Shown in pieces: positions 56,621 through 64,000 of a stretch of DNA of 64,000 bases. The notes under the pieces are model-generated. The model did not search any database, had not been told where the DNA came from, and saw nothing but the letters and a program-made list of their open reading frames with translations. Both the position numbers and the translations under genes were made by a program. Positions within the stretch are counted from its first letter, which is position 1. Every line of letters begins with the position of its first letter. The stretch is from an uncultured Methylomirabilota bacterium (GTDB lineage Bacteria; Methylomirabilota; Methylomirabilia; Methylomirabilales; 2-02-FULL-66-22), in contig OY970067.1 in the NCBI GenBank assembly GCA_963705305.1, positions 135,549 to 199,548 of the forward strand, in the 5' to 3' direction.

Positions 56621-57226
56621 ATGAAGCCACGTTTGTCTGGCGCGGAGCGACGCCGACAGATCATCCAGGCGGCGGCTGCCTTGTTCTCGAAAAAGGGATT
56701 CGGCGGGACGACCACCCGGGAGGTCGCACGCGCTGCGGGGGTCAGCGAGGCGACGGTCTTCAAGCACTTCGCCACCAAGGAAGAACTATACGCGGCTATC
56801 ATCGAGGCCAAGTCCCAGACCCGGCAGATCCTGGATCCCGCCATGTCGGCCTCCGGCCAGCGGGACGATGCGCACCTGCTGCGGACCCTGGCCCGCGCGA
56901 TGATCGACCGGACCAAGGCGGACCCGACCCTGATGCGACTGCTCACCTTCAGCGCGTTGGAGGGCCACTCGCTGTCGGAGATGTTTTTCCGCTCCCGCTT
57001 CCAACAGCTCAACACCTTCTTCAGCAGCTACATCGCCGAGCGGGTGGCCGCCGGGGCCTTTCGCCCGGTGGATCCCACGCTGGCAACCTGGAACTTCATG
57101 GGAATGGTGGCCTACCACGTCCAGCTGCGGGAGCTCTTCGGCCAGAAACTTCCTTCCCACCTGACCACGGAGCAGGCCGTCGAGGAGATAGTCGCGCTCT
57201 TCCTGGGCGGCGTCCGCCGCCCGTGA
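56621..57226 (+). CDS. TetR/AcrR family transcriptional regulator
   Basis: RRRQIIQAAAALFSKKGFGGTTTREVARAAGVSEATVFKHF. Divergent from the ABC/AttH-like operon. Confidence 0.9.
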   Translation: MKPRLSGAERRRQIIQAAAALFSKKGFGGTTTREVARAAGVSEATVFKHFATKEELYAAIIEAKSQTRQILDPAMSASGQRDDAHLLRTLARAMIDRTKADPTLMRLLTFSALEGHSLSEMFFRSRFQQLNTFFSSYIAERVAAGAFRPVDPTLATWNFMGMVAYHVQLRELFGQKLPSHLTTEQAVEEIVALFLGGVRRP

Positions 57227-57287
57227 CGCCGGCGGGCGCCCTCGCTGGGTAGGTCCGGACTCACTGGCCCGCCGGCCGGATCCGCGG

Positions 57288-58010
57288 TCAGTTCCTCCGC
57301 GCCCCGATCCCAAGATAGGTCTGCCGCACCAGGTCGTTCCGGAGCAGCCCGCTCGCCGTATCGCAGAGCACGGTCTGTCCCATCCGCACGACGTAGCCCC
57401 GGTCCGCGATGGTAAGCGCCATGCGGGCATTCTGCTCGACCAGCAGGATGGTAGTGCCGGACTTGGCAATACTCTTGATCGCATCGAACGTCCGCTCCAC
57501 CATCACGGGGGCCAGGCCCATCGAGGGCTCATCCAGCAGCAGCAGCTTGGGTCGGGACATCATGGCTCGCCCCAACGCCAGCATCTGCTGTTCGCCGCCC
57601 GAAAGCGTTCCTGCCAGTTGCGTCCGCCGGTCGCGCAGGATCGGGAAATAGCCGAAGATCTGGTCCACCGTCTCCGCCAGCCAGCGCTTGTCGCGGCGGC
57701 GGATGAAGCCCCCGATCTCCAAGTTCTCGTGCACTGTCATGGCACTGAAGACCTTGCGACCCTCCGGGACGCAGGAGATTCCCAATCGCACGATGTCCGA
57801 CATCCGGAGGCGGGTGATCGCCTGCCCCAGGAACTCCACCTCGCCCTGCGTCACCGGCAAGGCGCCGGTGACGACTCGGAGGGTCGTGGTCTTGCCGGCG
57901 CCGTTGGCGCCGATCATGCACACGATTTCCCCTTCACGGACCTCCAGCGAAAGCCCGAACAGGGCGCGGACACTTCCGTAGGCGGCCTCCACGTCCCGAA
58001 GGCTCAGCAT
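57288..58010 (-). CDS. HAAT-family ABC ATPase, LivF-type (operon 3)
   Basis: GANGAGKTTT, LSGGEQQMLALGRAMM, LLLLDEPS. Confidence 0.9.
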   Translation of the reverse strand: MLSLRDVEAAYGSVRALFGLSLEVREGEIVCMIGANGAGKTTTLRVVTGALPVTQGEVEFLGQAITRLRMSDIVRLGISCVPEGRKVFSAMTVHENLEIGGFIRRRDKRWLAETVDQIFGYFPILRDRRTQLAGTLSGGEQQMLALGRAMMSRPKLLLLDEPSMGLAPVMVERTFDAIKSIAKSGTTILLVEQNARMALTIADRGYVVRMGQTVLCDTASGLLRNDLVRQTYLGIGARRN

Positions 58011-58016
58011 CTCAAT

Positions 58017-58793
58017 CTACCCTACTTTCTCGTGTTGGGCTCCGAGATAGGCCGTGATGACCTCCGCGTTTTCCTGGACCTCCTTAGCGGAGCCCTCTGC
58101 GATCTTCTTCCCGTAGCTGAGGACGATGATGTGCTCCGCGACGTTCATCACCAGCCGCATGCGATGTTCGACCAGGAGGAGTGTCACGCCTCGCTTCTGG
58201 ATGGTGTGCACTAGGTCGATCACCCGGTCGATCTCCTCCTCCGACATGCCGGCGGCGGGCTCGTCCAGAAAGAGCAGCTTCGGCCGAGTGGCCAGCGCCC
58301 GCGCAATCTCGAGCAGCCGCCTGGGGCCGTAGGGCAAGCTCTTGGCGAGCATGTGAGCTTTGTCCTGCAGCCCCACCAGCTCCAGCAACTCCCAGGAGCG
58401 CTCCAGCGCCTCTCTGTTCTCGCGCTGGCCGGCCCGGGTTCGTAGGATCGTCCGGAGAAATTCCACCCGGCTGTGGAGGAACTGCCCCATCAGCACATGG
58501 TCGAGCACGGTCAGCGTTTCGAAGAGGCGGAGATTCTGAAAGGTCCGGGCCAGTCCCGCCTGCACGATCCGCTCTCGCGATAGCCCATCAATGCGCTGTC
58601 CGCCGAAAAGGACGGTGCCCGCCGTCAATCGATAACATCCCGTGATCAGGTTGATGCAGGTGGTTTTGCCGGATCCGTTGGGCCCGATAATGGCCTGAAG
58701 CCCTCCCTGCGGGATGCCGAAAGACAGCTCGTCCACCGCCTTGACGCCGCCGAAATGCTTGCTGATCTGGCTGACCTCGAGGAGGTTAGCCAC
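58017..58793 (-). CDS. HAAT-family ABC ATPase, LivG-type (operon 3)
   Basis: GTG 58793 gives VANLLEVSQISKHFGGVKAV. Also GPNGSGKTTCIN and LLFLDEPAAGMS. Confidence 0.85.
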   Translation of the reverse strand: MANLLEVSQISKHFGGVKAVDELSFGIPQGGLQAIIGPNGSGKTTCINLITGCYRLTAGTVLFGGQRIDGLSRERIVQAGLARTFQNLRLFETLTVLDHVLMGQFLHSRVEFLRTILRTRAGQRENREALERSWELLELVGLQDKAHMLAKSLPYGPRRLLEIARALATRPKLLFLDEPAAGMSEEEIDRVIDLVHTIQKRGVTLLLVEHRMRLVMNVAEHIIVLSYGKKIAEGSAKEVQENAEVITAYLGAQHEKVG

Positions 58794-59781
58794 GGGCGTC
58801 CTCTCCGGCGGGAGATGGTTTCTTCGACGAGCCCCAGAGGTGGCGGCAGAGTTGGACTGCATTCTCGATGAAGACGACCAGCCCGCCGGGCTCGAACAGC
58901 ATGACCAGGATGATGAAAAGGGCGAAGACTGTCAGGTACTTCTCCTTCAGGGGGCGCAGGACCTCGATGGCCCCCGTCAAGAGGATTGCGCCCAGCACGG
59001 AACCCGGGACCGACGAGAGGCCGCCGACCACCAGCATGCAGAGGAAGATCGAGTTGTAGTTGAAGGTGAAAATCTCGGGGCTGATGAACACATTGAACGC
59101 GGCAAAGAGCGCCCCCGCAATCCCGGTGTAGAGCCCGCACAGAACGAAGGCCAGCACCTTCAGATACGTGGAGGAGACGCCCACCATCTCCACCGCCAGC
59201 TCATCGTCGCGAACCGCCTTGAACGCCCGCCCAAACCGGGAGTCCTCCACCAGGATGGTCAGCCAAGCCAGGGCAAAGGCGAACGCCCAGCACAGATAGA
59301 ACATGTGGAGGTTCTGGGTGAGCACGAAGCTTCCCAGCGCCGGCCGTGGGATGCTGGGGATCCCCCAGACGCCGCCGGTGAAGGACATCCAGTTCTTCAG
59401 GACATCCCCCACCACGATGATGAATCCCATGGACATGAGCGCGAGATACGCGCCCCGCACCCGGAGGGTCGGGATTCCCATCAGGAGCGACAGCAGGGCC
59501 GTAACGAGGACGGCGAACGGCAGCGAGCTCCAGAATCCCCAGCCAAGCTTCATGAAGAGCATCCCGTATGTGTAGCTCGCCACCGCGAAGAAAGCGATCG
59601 TCCCCAGAAAGACCTGGCCCGCGAAGCCGAGGATATAGTTCAGCGCCAACACCAGGATGATGTTGATGGCCACCGTATTCAGCACGAAGATGACGTAGGG
59701 GGCGGAGGTGGCGAGCGGCACAAGCCCCAGGAGGAGGAAAAGTGCGAGGGTCGTTCCGTTCCGGACGCCGGTCCTGATCAC
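58786..59781 (-). CDS. HAAT-family ABC permease, LivM-type (operon 3)
   Basis: GTG 59781 follows GGGAGG. Contains LNYILGFAGQVFLGTIAFFAVASY. Confidence 0.85.
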   Translation of the reverse strand: MIRTGVRNGTTLALFLLLGLVPLATSAPYVIFVLNTVAINIILVLALNYILGFAGQVFLGTIAFFAVASYTYGMLFMKLGWGFWSSLPFAVLVTALLSLLMGIPTLRVRGAYLALMSMGFIIVVGDVLKNWMSFTGGVWGIPSIPRPALGSFVLTQNLHMFYLCWAFAFALAWLTILVEDSRFGRAFKAVRDDELAVEMVGVSSTYLKVLAFVLCGLYTGIAGALFAAFNVFISPEIFTFNYNSIFLCMLVVGGLSSVPGSVLGAILLTGAIEVLRPLKEKYLTVFALFIILVMLFEPGGLVVFIENAVQLCRHLWGSSKKPSPAGEDARG

Positions 59782-59792
59782 GCCCAACCTCC

Positions 59793-60671
59793 CTAGAGGC
59801 CACTCTCTTCCGCGCGCGTCCCGAAGAGTCCCTCCGGCCGGAGCAGGAGAAACGCGATGATGACGACGAAGGCGATGGTGTCCTTGTAGAGGGAAGAGAT
59901 GTAGGCGGCCCCCAGAGTCTCGACAAGTCCCAACAGGACGCCGCCGGCCATCGCCCCTCCGATGCTCGAGAAGGAGCCGATGATGCACGCCCCAAATCCC
60001 TTGAACCCGATGTTCTGCAGGAAGGGGTCGATGGAATAGAAGGGGGCAATGAGCGTCCCCGCCAGCCCTCCCAGGACCGAACTATAGGCGAAGATCAGCG
60101 AGATGGTCAGGTCCGTCTCGATCCCCATCAACGCCGCCGTGTCCCTGTCCAGCGCAACAGCGCGCATGACCTTGCCCACCATGGTGCGCTTGAACATCCA
60201 ATTTTGCAGGAGGAGTAGCAAGCCCGTGGCCACGATGATGAAGACGGACTGATGGAAGATGGCGATCGACCCGATGTGGAAGGTTGCCTGGCCGAAGAGG
60301 CCGGTCGTCCCCTGTGGGTAGGCGCCCCAGACGATCAGGGCGAGATTCCCGAGGAGCATCCCCAGCGCCACCAGGCTCACCAGGACTGTCCGAATATGTG
60401 CCCGCTTGAACGGGCGGAAGAAGAAGCGCTCGCACACCATCCCGAAGAGGCCCATGCTGAGGATCAGCACCGGCAGCGACACCGCGAAGGAGGCGTGAAG
60501 GTGGTTGGTGAGCGTGACGCCATAGATGAACGCCCCGATCATGACGAAGCTGCCCTGGGCGATATTGATCACGCCAACGGCGTTGTACAGGAAGCTATAC
60601 CCCAGGGCGATCAGCCCGTAGACACAGCCCAGCGCCAGCCCCGACACGAGTTGCTGCAAAAAGATTCCCAT
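59793..60671 (-). CDS. HAAT-family ABC permease, LivH-type (operon 3)
   Basis: FLYNAVGVINIAQGSFVMIGAF. Confidence 0.9.
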   Translation of the reverse strand: MGIFLQQLVSGLALGCVYGLIALGYSFLYNAVGVINIAQGSFVMIGAFIYGVTLTNHLHASFAVSLPVLILSMGLFGMVCERFFFRPFKRAHIRTVLVSLVALGMLLGNLALIVWGAYPQGTTGLFGQATFHIGSIAIFHQSVFIIVATGLLLLLQNWMFKRTMVGKVMRAVALDRDTAALMGIETDLTISLIFAYSSVLGGLAGTLIAPFYSIDPFLQNIGFKGFGACIIGSFSSIGGAMAGGVLLGLVETLGAAYISSLYKDTIAFVVIIAFLLLRPEGLFGTRAEESGL

Positions 60672-60752
60672 GGTCCCTTCCGCGGGCGAGAAGAGGGGGG
60701 GCGCCCGCCAACCGCCCCCCCCCGACGCCGCATTGCCGGCACAGGATCCTGA

Positions 60753-61898
60753 CTACTCTCCCGACACCTTCATGATGACCTTTTGCTTCAATTTCACGTA
60801 GGTGATCAGGATCAATTCGTGGATGGTCTCGCCGTTCGGCGACACGTTGTACGTCAGGCCGGTCCCCCCCGTATACCCCTTGATCGCCCTGAACGCATCC
60901 CGCATCTTGAGGTGATTGGCGGGTCCGCCGGCCTCCTTGGTGGCCTGGGCCAGCATCTCGATGGCATCGTAGGAGAGCCCTGAGAAGAAATCGAGGGGGG
61001 GCGTGCCGAATTTGGCCTTGAAGGCCGCGATGAACTTCTGCACCTTCGGATCCGGGTTCGTCTCGGTGTATGGGACGACGGCGAACGTGCCGTTCGCGGC
61101 GTCCCCGGCGACATCCATGAAGGGCTTGGTTGCCCCTACCGACGACATGAAGATCTTCACCTCAGGAATGAGCTGGCGGGCCTGCTTCACCATGATGCCG
61201 AGATCGGGCACCCCGGAGATCAGGACCACGCCGTCGGCTCCCGCCTTCTTCACATTGAGTAGCTGCGAGGTGAAGTCCTTATCGCCTGCATTATGGGCCT
61301 CCGACGCCACCAGCTTCAGGCCCTTGGGAGCCAAGGCCGCGATGAGGTTGTCACGGCCGCCCATGCCGTATTGGTCCGACTGGTAGATCACCCCGATCTT
61401 CTTCAGGCCCGCCTTGTCCACCATGTAATTGGCCAGGACCTTCCCGGTCAGCAGATCGTTCTCGCGGACGCGGACGATCCAGGGATTCTTCAGCTCCGTC
61501 ACTTTCTGGGCGCTGCCCATGGCGATGTCGAGGATCTGGTTCTGCATCATGAGATCGGCCGTGGCGAGGACGACGGTGCTGGCATGACACCCCAGGATGG
61601 CATCCACGCGATCGTTGAAGACCAGGCGCTGCGCCAGCGTCCGTCCGATGGAGGGAGACAGCTCATCGTCATACCAGACCATCTGCAGCTTGTAGCCGTC
61701 GACACCCCCCGCCGCGTTGATCTCATCGACGGCCACGCTCGCTCCTGCCTGCATCGATTGGCCGAATCCCTGCTGCAGCGCCGCGAGGCCGCCGATCTTG
61801 AAGATCTTCTCGGCCGCGGAGGCGGAGGAAACCGCTAGGACAAACAGGAGACAACAGAAGAGGGTCGACCAAAAACACACCTTGGTCCGCGTAGCCAT
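60753..61898 (-). CDS. Liv-type periplasmic substrate-binding protein (operon 3)
   Basis: ATG 61898 follows GGAGGAAGG. Signal peptide MATRTKVCFWSTLFCCLLFVLAVSSASA, then FKIGGLAALQQGFGQS. The upstream 194 codons of track ORF 60753..62480 are not coding-like. Confidence 0.9.
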   Translation of the reverse strand: MATRTKVCFWSTLFCCLLFVLAVSSASAAEKIFKIGGLAALQQGFGQSMQAGASVAVDEINAAGGVDGYKLQMVWYDDELSPSIGRTLAQRLVFNDRVDAILGCHASTVVLATADLMMQNQILDIAMGSAQKVTELKNPWIVRVRENDLLTGKVLANYMVDKAGLKKIGVIYQSDQYGMGGRDNLIAALAPKGLKLVASEAHNAGDKDFTSQLLNVKKAGADGVVLISGVPDLGIMVKQARQLIPEVKIFMSSVGATKPFMDVAGDAANGTFAVVPYTETNPDPKVQKFIAAFKAKFGTPPLDFFSGLSYDAIEMLAQATKEAGGPANHLKMRDAFRAIKGYTGGTGLTYNVSPNGETIHELILITYVKLKQKVIMKVSGE

Positions 61899-62842
61899 AA
61901 TGCCTTCCTCCATGTGTTGCGTTGATCCCTTCGGCCTACCCCCCTCCCCGACTCTGTTTTTCTCCTTCCTCACTCTCACTTCAATGTCGTCTGCCCATTT
62001 GGTGCGGGGATCAGAACCGGGAGGAGTCCTCCTTTCCGCCTGCCCTGCAGGCTGCCCGCCGCCGGGCCCGGATCTCCGCGGGAACGCGCAGGCCAGCCGG
62101 GCCGTCGGGGAGAGACCGGCCGCCCCCAAGCAAAACGCGCCGGCCTTGATGTTGCGGAGTATTTCGTGAGGATGGCCGGCCGTGACCCACAACTCCCCGA
62201 CCCTCACCCCTCCTCCAAGGGGGAGGATCCGCGTGGGGCTTGCGAGGTCGCCTCCGTCGAGGCGGCCGGCAACCAGTAAATGATGGCGGCGATGCCTTTC
62301 CGGAGAGGAAGTCCCCCAACCGGTGAGACGGAGTGGCCCCTTGTTGGATTGCCCCAACGCAACCATAGGCCCTCTGAGCCACTCGACACTCGCTGGGGAC
62401 TTGCGATCCCGTGGAGCGGCCGTGGAGGACGTGCCAGGGGCCGGGTCGGGGTCTTCCAGCTTCAGCACCGCGTGCCCCATCCCAGAGCGCAGATGATCTT
62501 TTCTTGCTCCCCGACGGCCATTTGCCCTGGCGCCATCTCAACCCCATTCGGCTTGATGGCGACCGGTGATGCGAATACACCCAATGACGAAAGAAAGTCA
62601 AGGACATGTTCGGCGCATGTGCACATATCTGTTCATTCTCACCCCCCTGGAGGGGACGCATCCGGGCGGAGCGGGGAAACTTCCCTGGGAAGGTTCGGGC
62701 GGCGCGCAGGGAGAGGTTCCTCGATGGTGCGGAACGGGAAGACCGACTGATCCAGCGAGGGGAGATCGATATTGTTACGATGTTCTGGACGCCCGCGCCT
62801 CAGGGAACACGCGAATGCAGCGCTCCCTTGCCGCCGGCGGGC

Positions 62843-63835
62843 TCAGCGCGCCGCGTCGCCCATCCGGTAGTCGTGGGTGAGCGCGTCGAGCTGCGCCTTG
62901 AGTGCCGGAGCGAGCTGGACGTCAACCGCGGCGACGCTCGCCTTCAACTGCTCGGGCCGGCTGGCGCCGATGAGGGGCGCGGTGATCGCCGGGTGGGCCA
63001 GCACCCAGGCCACGGCCAGCGTGGCGGGCTCCAGTCCCTGCTCCCCTGCGAGCTTGACCACCGCCTCCACGGTGTCGAATTCCCGCTCCTTCCAGTAGCG
63101 CTGGACGTAGGTTGTGGCGGCGGTGCCCAGCGTGAACCGCGAGCCGGCCGGCGGCGGCGCGGTGCGCTGGTGCTTGCCGGTGAGGAGCCCGCCGGCAAGG
63201 GGGTTGTACGGGATCACCGCGAGCCCCTCCTCCTCGCACAGCGGCAGCAGTTCGCGCTCGATCTGGCGGAACAGCAGGTTGTAGCGCGGCTGGACGGACA
63301 CCAGGCGGGTGATCCCCAGCGCCTCGCCCCTGCCCAGCGCCCGCGCGACCCGGTAGGCCGGGAAATTGGACACGCCGATGTAGCGCGCCTTGCCGCTCTG
63401 CACCACGGCGTCGAGGGCTTCCAGCGTCTCGTCGAGCGGCGTCTTGGCATCGAAGTGGTGTACCTGGTAGAGGTCCACGTAGTCGGTGCCGAGCCGCCTG
63501 AGGGAGGCGTCGATTGCCGCCAGCACGTGCTTGCGCGACGTCCCCTGGTCCCAGGGCGCGGGGCCCATTTGCCCGCTGCATTTCGTCGCCAGGACGAACC
63601 GCTCGCGCCTCCCGCGCAGCCACCGGCCCACGATCTCCTCCGTGCGGCCCTTGGTCTCCAGGGCGCCGCCGAGCGGGTACACGTCCGCCGTGTCAAGGAA
63701 GGTGATCCCCCGGTCGGCCGCGGCGTCCAGGATGGCGTGCGAGGTCGACTCGTCGCACTGCAGTCCGAACGTCATGGTGCCGAGACAGAGGCGGGAAACG
63801 TGCAAGCCCGTGCGGCCGAACCGAACGTGTTGCAT
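62843..63835 (-). CDS. Aldo/keto reductase
   Basis: LGTMTFG, FLDTADVY, LATKC, YVDLYQVHH, IGVSNF. Confidence 0.9.
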   Translation of the reverse strand: MQHVRFGRTGLHVSRLCLGTMTFGLQCDESTSHAILDAAADRGITFLDTADVYPLGGALETKGRTEEIVGRWLRGRRERFVLATKCSGQMGPAPWDQGTSRKHVLAAIDASLRRLGTDYVDLYQVHHFDAKTPLDETLEALDAVVQSGKARYIGVSNFPAYRVARALGRGEALGITRLVSVQPRYNLLFRQIERELLPLCEEEGLAVIPYNPLAGGLLTGKHQRTAPPPAGSRFTLGTAATTYVQRYWKEREFDTVEAVVKLAGEQGLEPATLAVAWVLAHPAITAPLIGASRPEQLKASVAAVDVQLAPALKAQLDALTHDYRMGDAAR

Positions 63836-64000
63836 CAGCGTGTGCCTCCCTGGTCTGTTGTTCTCGCCGGTCCTGGTCGACCGACAGCCGATCCGTCCCA
63901 TCTCTCCTCCCCCGGCTGCGCAGAGCCGCCGGGAAAGGGGCCGGACGAACCGCCTGGCCCTATACGGCGCGGAGATTGTATCCGAACCCCAGTGCCGGTG

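Noticed and set aside
62462-62464. A second possible selenocysteine: the TGA ending the 54-codon ORF (..GWGTRC-TGA), with the frame staying open for ~86 more codons.
   Set aside because: The downstream translation (SWKTPTRPLARPPRPLHG..) is non-protein-like. I saw no SECIS-like hairpin at the proper distance, and no family context places a Cys there.

Overview
GC-rich bacterial chromosomal window. By eye I found no rRNA, tRNA, CRISPR array, transposase, integrase or phage genes. It holds about 60 protein genes, mostly on the minus strand after ~18 kb.

Main content, in order:
- A mutT-mutY repair pair.
- A TlpA/ResA-like thiol-disulfide oxidoreductase in which the first Cys codon of the CxxC motif is an in-frame TGA followed by a SECIS-like hairpin. 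It is a probable selenoprotein that the ORF track splits into two ORFs.
- An HTH-receiver / PilZ / bactofilin / zinc-ribbon operon.
- A Crp/Fnr regulator with a perfect TTGAT-N4-ATCAA box, divergent from a 4Fe-4S / DUF438-hemerythrin / DUF1858-DUF2249 operon.
- A sigma-54 promoter and palindromic upstream site ahead of a CheY-like / DUF1344-like pair, next to a sensor kinase / NtrC-type activator pair.
- A TPP riboswitch ahead of a CytX-type NCS1 permease.
- AsmA, pterin dehydratase and gamma-glutamyltransferase.
- Three separate five-gene Liv-type (HAAT) ABC transporter operons. One has a homopolymer frameshift in its binding protein and one has a textbook sigma-54 promoter.
- A split UxaA/SuyAB-like dehydratase with an MFS transporter and a quinone oxidoreductase.
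- Creatininase, amidohydrolase and amine-dehydrogenase-like genes.
- An AttH-like lipocalin + FtsX/ABC system with a TetR regulator.

The one clearly accessory or rearranged patch is 33.1-35.4 kb. It contains a 5'-truncated BMP-family binding-protein remnant, a 199-bp MITE-like element (23-bp terminal inverted repeats, 11-bp flanking direct repeat), and two divergent paralogous small membrane proteins of unknown function.

Family calls come from motif recognition in the translations. No database search was possible.
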